Virus record (IMG/VR): IMGVR_UViG_2802429225_000004
DNA: 44,726 nucleotides
Strand: one strand, 5' to 3'
Source of the DNA: a virus
Taxonomy: Duplodnaviria > Heunggongvirae > Uroviricota > Caudoviricetes
Shown: positions 36,450-44,726 of the stretch, piece after piece
Layout of the letters: each line of letters begins with the position of its first letter
How positions within the stretch are numbered: position 1 is the first letter of the stretch
Notes under the pieces: generated by a model
Database searches by the model: none
Seen by the model: only the letters and a program-made list of their open reading frames with translations
Told to the model about the DNA's origin: nothing
Made by a program: the position numbers and the translations under genes

Positions 36450-36803
36450 ATGAATGGTGTGAACTGCCGGACAGGGAAGCGTCTGTCCGGTGCGGCGCAT
36501 CTGCGCCAGTCTGTCAGCGATATTCTGAACACGCCAGTGGGAAGCCGTGTTCTGGTCAGGGATTACGGCAGCGATCTTTTTGAATTGCTGGACTCTCCCC
36601 GGGATGACCTGTTGAGGCTGCGCATAATAGCTGCCACGGCGACGGCGCTGGCACGCTGGGAGCCCCGGCTGAAAGTGTCAAAAGTGATCGTAACGTTTCC
36701 GGAGGATGAGGCCGGATGTGTGGTGGATATCATGGGGACGAATACGGAAACCGGTACACAGGTGACAACAGGAGGAATAACCGTTTATGGCAGAAAGTTA
36801 TGA
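36450..36803 (+). CDS. Baseplate wedge protein gpW/gp25-like
   Basis: 117 aa; GPW_gp25-like pattern (SVSDILNTPVGSRVLVRDYGSDLFELLD). Confidence 0.75.
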   Translation: MNGVNCRTGKRLSGAAHLRQSVSDILNTPVGSRVLVRDYGSDLFELLDSPRDDLLRLRIIAATATALARWEPRLKVSKVIVTFPEDEAGCVVDIMGTNTETGTQVTTGGITVYGRKL

Positions 36804-37695
36804 TGTGATCAATCTTTCGGATTTGCCCGTACCGGATGCCATCGTGGTGCCTGATGCGGCGGTGATTTTCGGGGCCTGGCTGGCACGTCTGCGCGAACTG
36901 GATCCTGAATTTGATGCCCTGGTGGAATCCGACCCGGCTTACAAGCAGGGCGAAGTGACAGCCTTTCAGCTTACCCTGGCTTTTCAGCGGGTGAATGATG
37001 CTGTGCGGGCCGTTTTTCTGGCAAGTGCGCAGAATGCCGATCTCGATCAGATTGGCGCGGCGTTCAATGTCGGACGTATGGTGATTGTTCCGGCAAATCC
37101 GGATGCCGTGCCTCCGACGGATGCGGTTATGGAAGAGGACGACGCTTTTCGCGAACGCATTCAGTTGTCCTGGTCGCAACTGAATACTGCAGGCGCCCGC
37201 AATGCTTATCGTTTTCATGCCCGCTCTGCTGATGAAAATGTGCTGGATGCTGATGCCTATGGTCCGGAAGAGCACGGGCGTGCGGGGGAGGTGGATGTCT
37301 ACGTATTGTCCCGTGAAGGAAATGGCACTGCCAGCGAGGCGTTGCTGGATGCGGTCAGTGCGCGGCTGAATGCTGATGAAATTCGTCCGCTGACGGATTT
37401 TGTGACGGTGAAAAGCGCCATTATTAATGACTATACCGTGACGGCTGAGCTGGAAATACCGGACGGTCCGGATGCCGGTGAAGTGCTGGAAAATGCGAAA
37501 AACACGCTGATGTCTTATACCCGGCTGGCAAACCGGATTAATGGCATGGTGCCGCTGTCCGCTATTTACGCAGCACTGCAACAGTCCGGTGTGGCGCGGG
37601 TTATTCTGTCCAGTCCCCGGGCCGATATTGAACCGGCAACCGGTACGGCTCCCCGTTGTGCCGCCGTTAATGTGACGCGCAGAGAGATGTGGTGA
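36787..37695 (+). CDS. Baseplate assembly protein gpJ-like
   Basis: 302 aa, matches size and position of P2 gpJ. Confidence 0.75.
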   Translation: MAESYDVINLSDLPVPDAIVVPDAAVIFGAWLARLRELDPEFDALVESDPAYKQGEVTAFQLTLAFQRVNDAVRAVFLASAQNADLDQIGAAFNVGRMVIVPANPDAVPPTDAVMEEDDAFRERIQLSWSQLNTAGARNAYRFHARSADENVLDADAYGPEEHGRAGEVDVYVLSREGNGTASEALLDAVSARLNADEIRPLTDFVTVKSAIINDYTVTAELEIPDGPDAGEVLENAKNTLMSYTRLANRINGMVPLSAIYAALQQSGVARVILSSPRADIEPATGTAPRCAAVNVTRREMW

Positions 37696-38249
37696 TGACA
37701 GAGACGTTTCGCTCACTTCTGCCGCCTTCCGCTGTCAGGCCGGAGCGGTCACAGGAGCAGGCCACAACAGAAAGTATCCTGACGCTTGATGCGGATATGG
37801 TCAGAAAGGTGAAAAATCCGGATACCTGTCCGTTGCATCTGTTGCCGTGGCTGGCATGGGAGTTTGCTGTGGATTTCTGGCAGGACGACTGGAGCGAAGA
37901 GCAGAAGCGGCAGATTTTACGTGATGCGGCATATGTGCATCAGCACCGGGGGACGGCGGGGGCAGTGTTGCGGGCGCTCAGTGCGGTTGGTGTTCCGGCA
38001 GCAATCAAAGAGTGGTGGCAGGATTCACCGCGCAAAAAACCGTACACTTTTCGTGTGGAGCTGTTTTTGCGGGAAGGGGCTGACAGTGTGCTTTACAGTC
38101 GGGTCAGGACGCTGGTCATTAAGGCCAAGAATTTACGCAGCGGTCTGAGCACCATTGACGTAAATACGAATATCGGAAAGGACAGCCAGTTTTATGTTGG
38201 TGGCGCGGTGACCGCGCATATTGATGTGGTGATTGAGGCGGGAGAATAA
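37695..38249 (+). CDS. Baseplate/tail protein gpI-like
   Basis: ATG overlaps J stop (TGATG); about 184 aa. Confidence 0.7.
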   Translation: MTETFRSLLPPSAVRPERSQEQATTESILTLDADMVRKVKNPDTCPLHLLPWLAWEFAVDFWQDDWSEEQKRQILRDAAYVHQHRGTAGAVLRALSAVGVPAAIKEWWQDSPRKKPYTFRVELFLREGADSVLYSRVRTLVIKAKNLRSGLSTIDVNTNIGKDSQFYVGGAVTAHIDVVIEAGE

Positions 38250-38250
38250 C

Positions 38251-39528
38251 GTGACCACGAAACATTGCAGTATTCTGACAAACAGGGGAAAGGCGCTGGA
38301 GGCCGCGTCTGCGGCGGGTGGTGCGCCGGTGGTACTGGACGGGTTTGTGGTGGGAGACGGAAACGGAAATGCTGTCACGCCAGAGGCAGGGCAGACGGCT
38401 CTGGTCAGGGAAGTTTATCGCGGCACCATATCACGTCTGGCGGTCTCGCCTGAGCAGGAAAACCAGTTTATTGCGTATCTAGTGCTGCCGGAGGGCGTGG
38501 GGGGATTTACGGTCAGGGAAGCGGGGCTGCTGACCAGTGATGGTGAGCTTTATGCCGTCGGAAGTTGTGCTGCCATTGAGAAACCGAAAAATGGTGTGAC
38601 AGCCACACTGCAGTTCCGGCTGGCAGTGGCTGAAAGTGCGCAGGTCACACTGAATGTGGCAACCGGAGATGGTCTGTTTCTGCGACAGGACAGGAATCTT
38701 TCGGATGTGGAAGACAGGGATGAGGCTGTCGAAAACCTCGGATTAAAACCCACGGTGGACAAGGCAAAAAATGCCGTTCAGCGTGATGGTGACACCATGA
38801 GTGGTGATTTGACGTTTGAAAATGACTCAATCCTTGCGTGGATTCGAAATACAGATTGGGCAAAGATTGGGTTTAAAAATGATTCGGATTCAGACACCGA
38901 TTCATATCTGTGGTTTGAAGCGGGGGATAATGGAAACGAATATTTCAAGTGGCGGAGTAAGTCTGGAACCACAACCAAAGACCTGATGAATCTCAAATGG
39001 GATGCGCTGTATGTTCTGGTGAATGCCATCATCAATGGTGAGGTTGTATCAAAATCAGCAAACGGCTTTCGTATTGCTTATGGTAATTACGGTTTTTTTG
39101 TCAGAAACGACGGGTCGAACACATATTTTATGTTGACCAATGCTGGCGACAGCATGGGGAGCTATAACGGACTAAGGCCATTCTGTATAAATAATGCCAC
39201 TGGCGCAGTCACGATGGGCAACGGGCTGACTGTCAGCGGGGGGGTAAACGTTTCCAGCGGAAATATCACCGCCGGAGGAGGTCAGGTTATACCGGGTAAT
39301 TACAGCAATTTTGATGCCCGTTATAAGACCAAATCAGAAGGTGTGCAGGACGTGCGCCTTGGCGGTTATCAACAGATGGGCAGTACAGGCTCAAACCTGG
39401 CTCCCTCTGGTTATGTCAGTGTGGGTGGCTACTGCTACGGAGACTGGGATAACTCTGCCGACGGGTGGTTTATCCGACCGCTTCAGAAACTGATTAACGG
39501 AACCTGGTATAACGTCGCGAGTATGTAA
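38251..39528 (+). CDS. Tail fibre protein (P2 gpH-like N-terminal domain, divergent AT-rich C-terminal part)
   Basis: N-terminus resembles P2 H (GDGNGNAVTPEAGQTALVREVYRG...VGGFTVREAGLL..DGELYAV); GTG start after gpI stop. Confidence 0.75.
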   Translation: MTTKHCSILTNRGKALEAASAAGGAPVVLDGFVVGDGNGNAVTPEAGQTALVREVYRGTISRLAVSPEQENQFIAYLVLPEGVGGFTVREAGLLTSDGELYAVGSCAAIEKPKNGVTATLQFRLAVAESAQVTLNVATGDGLFLRQDRNLSDVEDRDEAVENLGLKPTVDKAKNAVQRDGDTMSGDLTFENDSILAWIRNTDWAKIGFKNDSDSDTDSYLWFEAGDNGNEYFKWRSKSGTTTKDLMNLKWDALYVLVNAIINGEVVSKSANGFRIAYGNYGFFVRNDGSNTYFMLTNAGDSMGSYNGLRPFCINNATGAVTMGNGLTVSGGVNVSSGNITAGGGQVIPGNYSNFDARYKTKSEGVQDVRLGGYQQMGSTGSNLAPSGYVSVGGYCYGDWDNSADGWFIRPLQKLINGTWYNVASM

Positions 39529-39530
39529 TT

Positions 39531-40076
39531 ATGTTGCATTTAAAAAATATTACGTCGGGCAATCCGAAAACAGCCGAACAATACGAACTGACCAAAAGGT
39601 ATGGCGTCGAGTGGTTGTATACAGAATCCGGTGAAAACTGGTATGAAATCCAGAAAAATTTTTCACCTGACACATTAAAAGTTGAATATCTGGATACAGG
39701 GAAAGTTACCTGGGTTGGAAAAGATGCTGCGTCAATTAATCCCAGAAACCGGAGCGTGATTGAAATTACCGATAACACAGCGAACCGACAAATTGATGCC
39801 TCAGGTTACTGGTTTTACCGGGATGACAAATTCATATTTGACTACGGTAAAAAGGCAGAAGATGAGCGGGTGAGTAAGCTCAAGGATGTAAGTCGGTTAA
39901 CTGCTGAATGGGAAAAAGACCTGCTGCTGGGGTTAATCAGCGACGAAGACAAAGAAAAGCTGAAAGCCTGGCGGATGTACGCGAAATCGCTGCAGGCGCT
40001 GGATTTCAGCACTATCACCGATAAAACCTCATACAGAGCCATTGAATGGCCTGTCTCTCCGGAAGCCTCTTCCTGA
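39531..40076 (+). CDS. Tail fibre assembly chaperone (gpG/U-like)
   Basis: 181 aa, AT-rich, immediately downstream of fibre gene. Confidence 0.6.
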   Translation: MLHLKNITSGNPKTAEQYELTKRYGVEWLYTESGENWYEIQKNFSPDTLKVEYLDTGKVTWVGKDAASINPRNRSVIEITDNTANRQIDASGYWFYRDDKFIFDYGKKAEDERVSKLKDVSRLTAEWEKDLLLGLISDEDKEKLKAWRMYAKSLQALDFSTITDKTSYRAIEWPVSPEASS

Positions 40077-40099
40077 TTTAATTAATCGCGAGAAAAACT

Positions 40100-42055
40100 A
40101 TGTCTGTAGTGATATCAGGTGCGCTGATAGATGGCGCAGGCATCCCCATGTCCGGATGCCACATAATTCTGAAATCCCGGGTAAACACCTCAGAGGTGGT
40201 GATGCGCACAGTTGCCGACGTGGTGACAGGAAACTGTGGCGAGTACTGTTTTAAGGCGCAGACCGGAAAATATTGCGTATATCTGAAACAGGACTGGCGC
40301 GACGAGTACTGTGTTGGCGATATTGCTGTATACGATGACTCAAAGCCTGGCACGTTGAACGATTTTCTGACCGCCCTTGATGAAGGCGACCTCAAACCCG
40401 ATGTGGTGAAACGCTTTGAGGAAATGGTGGCGCAGGCGCAGCAGAGCGCGGAAGTGGCAGCGGAAAGCGAACAACAGGCCGGGCAACATGTCGCTGATGC
40501 GCAGAAGATTAAGAGCGACTGCCAGACGCTGGCGGATAACGTACAGCAGAATGCAGAAGCCGTTGCCGAAGATAAAAAGCAGGTGGCACAGCTGGCATCA
40601 TCTGCCACACAGGATGCGGCCCGCGCAGAGCAGGCCGTTAAGGACGCAGACAAAATCGTCGATAAGGCTGTTGATAAACTCGGTGAAGCCGCAACGCTGA
40701 CCGGCGAGGCAAAGGCCAGCGCAGAAGCGGCAGCAAAAAGCGAGCAGAATGCGAAACAGCACAGGGACGAGGCGCAACGGATAGTTGATGACCTGAAGGG
40801 AGGCAATGCTTCCACGACAGAAAAAGGCCTGGTGCAACTCTGTAGTGATACAGACAACGACAGCGAAGAACTGGCAGCCACGCCAAAAGCCGTCAAAACC
40901 GTCATGGACGAGACGAAAACAAAAGCGCCACTGGACAGCCCGGCGTTCACAGGTACGCCAACCACACCAACCCCGCCGGACGATGCGACCGGGCTGGAGA
41001 TGGCGAACGCGGCATTTGTCCGCAAACTGCTCGCCGCGCTGGTTGACTCGTCCCCGGAAGCCCTGGACACACTGAACGAGCTGGCAGCGGCGCTGGGCAA
41101 CGACCCTAATTTTGCGACGACTGTCACTAAGGCGCTGGCGGGTAAACAGCCGCTTAATGACGTGTTAACGGCGGTCAGCCAGATAACACCGGAAGAAAAC
41201 ACGCTGCCTTATTTCAGTGCAGAGGGCCGGATTTTACTGGCGCAGCTGTCAGAAAAAGCCCGCGCATTACTGGCACTGGACACGCCTGAAGCCATGCGCA
41301 CGGAGCTTGAACTGAAAGCGGCTGCGACGATGGAGCCCCAGAGCGATATCCGCGACCGCACACCAGGCAGACTGGCACTGTCCGGCATGTACGGATTCGG
41401 TCAGGCATTTGCCAGCACCGACGCTCTGGCGTTTGACGGACAGGCCGATTTTGCTGAATGGCTGAAAGAGGCCACCCCGGGGCGTTATGCGGTCAGTATT
41501 GCGGACTCTTCCACACTACTGGCAGGCACCACAAAATTTAACGGCATCATTGATGTGATGTGGTCGCCTTTTGATAACGATGAATCGGACACAACGCGTA
41601 AATTCAAAATGCTGCTGTGTTTTAACCAGTATTACGAAGGTGAGCACAGTATTCATCGTCTGACTTACCGCTGGAGTGGAAACAACTGGAATGCAACAGT
41701 AAGCCCTGTCATTTACGACGGCGATTCGCTGGCGTTCTTACTGTCCCGGACAGCAGGCTCAGGCTCATATTTCAAATACCCGGCAGTGGGTGTTCCGGTG
41801 CTTGCTGTTTATCGCGGAACAACTTCCGGGGATAAAGAAATCAAAATTGGCCTGGGTGATGTGGTGCCAGGGTCACAACTGGGCGGAGTTAATCTTTCGT
41901 GCACAATATCTTCTGCGGGGGCTGGCTCCTACGGTTCCACACCGAGTGCAGGAGCTACAGGGTACACTTTTCCGGGGCGTTATATGGCGTTATCCGGGGT
42001 CAGGGACTCTTACGGAACAAGCGGTCGTATCTGCCTGTTTGTGCGCATCGAGTAA
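40100..42055 (+). CDS. Side tail fibre protein (lambda Stf-like)
   Basis: N-terminus MSVVISGALIDGAGIPMSGCHIILKSRVNTSEVV... parallels lambda Stf; internal conserved motif KGLVQL...ELAATPKAVKTVMDE; Ala/Gln-rich coiled region. Confidence 0.75.
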   Translation: MSVVISGALIDGAGIPMSGCHIILKSRVNTSEVVMRTVADVVTGNCGEYCFKAQTGKYCVYLKQDWRDEYCVGDIAVYDDSKPGTLNDFLTALDEGDLKPDVVKRFEEMVAQAQQSAEVAAESEQQAGQHVADAQKIKSDCQTLADNVQQNAEAVAEDKKQVAQLASSATQDAARAEQAVKDADKIVDKAVDKLGEAATLTGEAKASAEAAAKSEQNAKQHRDEAQRIVDDLKGGNASTTEKGLVQLCSDTDNDSEELAATPKAVKTVMDETKTKAPLDSPAFTGTPTTPTPPDDATGLEMANAAFVRKLLAALVDSSPEALDTLNELAAALGNDPNFATTVTKALAGKQPLNDVLTAVSQITPEENTLPYFSAEGRILLAQLSEKARALLALDTPEAMRTELELKAAATMEPQSDIRDRTPGRLALSGMYGFGQAFASTDALAFDGQADFAEWLKEATPGRYAVSIADSSTLLAGTTKFNGIIDVMWSPFDNDESDTTRKFKMLLCFNQYYEGEHSIHRLTYRWSGNNWNATVSPVIYDGDSLAFLLSRTAGSGSYFKYPAVGVPVLAVYRGTTSGDKEIKIGLGDVVPGSQLGGVNLSCTISSAGAGSYGSTPSAGATGYTFPGRYMALSGVRDSYGTSGRICLFVRIE

Positions 42056-42068
42056 CGGGGAATAAAAC

Positions 42069-42647
42069 ATGAAAATCAGAGCAGTAAAGGGCATCAGAAA
42101 CGCCCATTATCTCGAAAATGGTGCGGTTGACTGCGAGGTGTTATTTGAAGGTGAAACGGAATTCGTCCCGTATACCGCCATGCAGGACGATAGCGCCCCG
42201 ACAGGCCAGCGCATCTGGGAAGAGTTACAGAGCGGCAAGTGGGGGAAAATCGCCCCATTCACCGTCACGCCTGAACTTATCGCAGCGGCAAAAGATGCCA
42301 AACGCCAGGAAATCGAAGCCTGGCGCACAGAACAGGAGGCGCAGCCGTTCACGTTCGAATGGAACGGTCGCACCTGGAATGCTGGCCCAGACTCACTGGC
42401 CCGTCTCTATCCGGTGGTAATGGCTGCAAAATCTGATACGGCACGAACCGCCCTTGCGTGGGGCGACGCTGATAATCAACAGGTGAAACTGTCGATGCAG
42501 GAACTTGAAGAACTGGCGGCAGCACTGGCGCAGGCGCAGGTCAATCGCAACGACGAGATTTATCGTCGGCAGCGGGAGATGAAAGAAGAACTGAATAACT
42601 TGGATGATTTGCGCTCAATTAGAGCGATTGCAATTAGCAGTAATTAG
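42069..42647 (+). CDS. Tail fibre assembly protein (Tfa)
   Basis: 192 aa; characteristic Tfa pattern (WNGRTWNAGPDSLARL...ELNNLDDLRSIRAI). Confidence 0.8.
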   Translation: MKIRAVKGIRNAHYLENGAVDCEVLFEGETEFVPYTAMQDDSAPTGQRIWEELQSGKWGKIAPFTVTPELIAAAKDAKRQEIEAWRTEQEAQPFTFEWNGRTWNAGPDSLARLYPVVMAAKSDTARTALAWGDADNQQVKLSMQELEELAAALAQAQVNRNDEIYRRQREMKEELNNLDDLRSIRAIAISSN

Positions 42648-42686
42648 CTCAGAAAATGCAAATAACAAGTTGTCATATCATAGAGT

Positions 42687-42714
42687 AGTGAGGGGGCGCC
42701 CCTCACTATTTATT
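42687..42714 (+). terminator. Hairpin terminator between convergent tfa and cargo genes
   Basis: 9-bp stem AGTGAGGGG-GCG-CCCCTCACT followed by ATTTATT. Confidence 0.5.
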
Positions 42715-43258
42715 ACCACCAGCTATCAGCTTTACTCTCTCGTGCTTTTCCCTCACTTTGCAACAATTCTTTGGTACCAGTTGAAATATTACGCCGAGCA
42801 TCCGCTTCTGATTGAATAACGTCAGTTTGTGCAGCCCGCTCCTTGAGTTCTTGGTCCAGAAAATCGTTTGCTCTATTTACCCTGGCCCTTTTAGCTTCGA
42901 GTTCGAGTTTTCGGTTTTCTAGCTCAAGTTGGCGTAATTGATCTTCATAATCTTGATCGCGTTTTTTATCTGCCGCCATCTCCGCTTCGAGCTTAGCTTT
43001 ACGCTCAAACTCAGCCGCTCGTCGTTGTTTTTCTTTTGCTGCTGCCATAGCCGCTGCTTTCTCTTTGCGAATCCTTTCCGCATTGGCACGTTGGCGCTCT
43101 TGTTCTTTACGTGCATCTTCAATACGTTTTTCTTCGGCTTTACCTTCATTTTCGGCTCGCGCAATAGCCGCTAATTGTTCCTGTAAAGAAGACGCGTTAA
43201 CGTAAAAAGTGCTTAGGCACGGCAAAGCTAATAGTATATATAAAGCAAGACGTGTCAT
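42713..43258 (-). CDS. Secreted/periplasmic coiled-coil protein (TolA-like K/E/A/R-rich), unknown function
   Basis: 181 aa; N-terminal signal-peptide-like segment MTRLALYILLALPCLSTFYVNA then charged heptad-like repeats; 12 nt downstream of SlyB-like gene. Confidence 0.5.
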   Translation of the reverse strand: MTRLALYILLALPCLSTFYVNASSLQEQLAAIARAENEGKAEEKRIEDARKEQERQRANAERIRKEKAAAMAAAKEKQRRAAEFERKAKLEAEMAADKKRDQDYEDQLRQLELENRKLELEAKRARVNRANDFLDQELKERAAQTDVIQSEADARRNISTGTKELLQSEGKARESKADSWW

Positions 43259-43270
43259 CTGAAATGGCCA

Positions 43271-43783
43271 TTATTTATTATCAGGGCATGTTGCATTTGG
43301 TTGAATACGTGTTTCGTTTTCTTTAGTTGAAATCATGGCTGCTAATCCAGGTGCAAATTGGCAAGCTCTACCAACTTGAGTCGATGTATAAACTTTTGTA
43401 CCTTCTTTGTATGTTAGAGAAACGCCTTCAACAATTGTTTTATCTTTGACTAATGAACCAGCGGCTGCACCAAGTGCGGTTCCACCTACAGCCCCTGCGG
43501 TGGTTGCCAGTTTCGAACCACTTTTGGTGTTATGTCCAATTACTCCTCCAGCAACGGCACCAACTACAGCACCGAATGTTTGTGCTGCTTCTTTATTTTC
43601 TTTGTTGTCCACAGCAATTTTTGCAGGAAGAACCGAAATGATAGTTATCATTTTGGTTTCTTGTTTGGAATTAACCTGAGTGGTGTCATAAACATCTGCA
43701 GCAAGATGTTCTGCAGTAGACTGACACCCACTTAATGCAAAGACAGCTAATAAAGAAATGGTTGCTTTATTTAATTTCAACAT
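43271..43783 (-). CDS. SlyB-like outer-membrane lipoprotein (glycine-zipper domain)
   Basis: Lipobox LSGC; glycine zipper GAVVGAVAGGVIG...AGAVGGTALGAAAG; overall pattern resembles remembered E. coli SlyB; AGGAGAG RBS. Confidence 0.6.
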   Translation of the reverse strand: MLKLNKATISLLAVFALSGCQSTAEHLAADVYDTTQVNSKQETKMITIISVLPAKIAVDNKENKEAAQTFGAVVGAVAGGVIGHNTKSGSKLATTAGAVGGTALGAAAGSLVKDKTIVEGVSLTYKEGTKVYTSTQVGRACQFAPGLAAMISTKENETRIQPNATCPDNK

Positions 43784-44048
43784 TTTACTTGCTCTCCTAG
43801 TTTCTGAGAAACTGCAAATATATTTACCTGAGCTTTTGTGTCAATATTTTTGGGGTTGTTTTGTTGTCTTTAATCAAAAAAAGTATCCTGCTCATATAGT
43901 TATGTTTAGTGTTTTTATGTTTTTTAATAAATTTCATAAATAGCTGAATTTATTGATATCAATATATAAACTTATCGTGCATACATTGCCCAAAATACAG
44001 TTTCAGAAGGGGGCTGGTTGTTGTTGGGGGCAATGTTATCAGTGGGAA

Positions 44049-44126
44049 ATGCAGGATGAACTGAATAATCTGGATGATTTAAGCTCAATCAGAGAGATGA
44101 CGATTAGCGGCAATCACGCTCGATAA
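44049..44126 (+). pseudogene. Remnant/duplicate of tail-fibre-assembly gene 3' end
   Basis: 25-codon ORF MQDELNNLDDLSSIREMTISGNHAR; about 80 percent nucleotide identity to the last 55 nt of the tfa gene at 42590-42647. Confidence 0.5.
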
Positions 44127-44132
44127 AATTAA

Positions 44133-44155
44133 CCCCGGTGATCATCCGGGGTTTT
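44133..44155. terminator. Bidirectional hairpin terminator
   Basis: CCCCGG-TGATCAT-CCGGGG followed by TTTT on plus strand; lies between tfa remnant and convergent antirepressor-like gene. Confidence 0.5.
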
Positions 44156-44162
44156 GCATTCA

Positions 44163-44726
44163 TTAAAACCGCATCAACCGTTCCACCAGTTGTTCTTTAC
44201 GGGCAACGATCCAGCCGTGTTGCTCCAGATAAAATTTAAACCGCTCCAGAGTGCATACCATCGCATCGGCGGGGACTTTTTCCGTGAACTCGACCTGACC
44301 GTGTTTATCGAAGTGGATCAGTAATGCGAATCCATCATTTTTGGTGGCGGAGTTTTGTGCTGCTGGTGGTTGTTTTTGGCTGAAATAACAGTCTTCGAGT
44401 TTTTCGAACACTTCCCACGCCTGATCGGTTTCGAGCATTTTTGCGTGGCGAGCTGCCCCGCGTTCTGTCCATAGGATGAGGGAGCGGGCTTTGGGAGATA
44501 TGGGGTTTTGTGACTTACTTAAAGTAAGTCGCAAATTTTTTAATTCTTCACCCGATGCTTTAAAAAAGTGCTTTCCTTCGACAAAACGCTCTTTGTTTCT
44601 GGTGAAGTTAACCTGGATATTCAGAATTTCGGTGCCATAAAGCTGCGCCAAAAGTTCGGTGGTAATAACAGGGATCTGGTTATGGGTGATCGGGGAGAGA
44701 GTTTCAACAGAGATTTGAGTGGCCAT
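44163..44726 (-). CDS. Phage antirepressor-like protein (ORF6N/KilA-N-type N-terminal domain)
   Basis: 187-aa ORF starting exactly at window end; N-terminal pattern resembling ORF6N/KilA-N DNA-binding domains; assignment tentative. Confidence 0.45.
   Translation of the reverse strand: MATQISVETLSPITHNQIPVITTELLAQLYGTEILNIQVNFTRNKERFVEGKHFFKASGEELKNLRLTLSKSQNPISPKARSLILWTERGAARHAKMLETDQAWEVFEKLEDCYFSQKQPPAAQNSATKNDGFALLIHFDKHGQVEFTEKVPADAMVCTLERFKFYLEQHGWIVARKEQLVERLMRF

Noticed and set aside
40078-41202. 374-aa minus-strand ORF antisense to the Stf-like fibre gene
   Set aside because: Shadow ORF of the Ala/Ser-rich repetitive fibre coding region; low-complexity product, no independent support
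38251-44160. Invertible tail-fibre segment (Gin/Pin/Cin-type host-range switch)
   Set aside because: No serine invertase gene is present, and the duplicated tfa end at 44049-44126 is in the same orientation as the intact tfa rather than inverted; the pattern fits a moron insertion, not an invertible segment

Overview
The window is a near-complete temperate prophage of an Enterobacteriaceae host (E. coli/Shigella-like), trimmed exactly from the integrase stop codon (pos 1) to the start codon of an antirepressor-like gene (pos 44726). All calls are from reading the sequence and ORF track against remembered protein families; no database search was run. Gene order: int-xis-large exonuclease (minus strand) | dicB-type early-left operon (YdfA/YdfB-like, an unrecognised 212-aa protein, DicF-like sRNA, DicB-like, YdfD-like) | cI/DicA/PaaR2-like repressor co-transcribed with a ParE-type toxin-antitoxin pair | cro-like, replication O-like and P-like | nin-type region carrying morons (hok/sok; hicA-hicB plus a coupled unknown ORF) | DUF968 protein, RusA, Q-like antiterminator | tR', tRNA-Thr(UGU) and tRNA-Gly(UCC) | TerB-like moron | lysis genes (two holin-like, M15-peptidase endolysin) | lambda-like cos, Nu1, A, W, B, C, D, E, FI, FII | P2-like contractile tail (V, sheath, tube, E/E', tape measure, U, X, D, W, J, I, H, G) | a second, lambda Stf/Tfa-like fibre pair | AT-rich cargo (SlyB-like lipoprotein plus secreted coiled-coil protein) bracketed by a duplicated tfa 3' end. 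No CRISPR array, IS element or invertase was seen. The best candidates for undescribed function are the hicAB-coupled third gene, the post-fibre envelope cargo cassette, and the 212-aa protein in the dicB operon.
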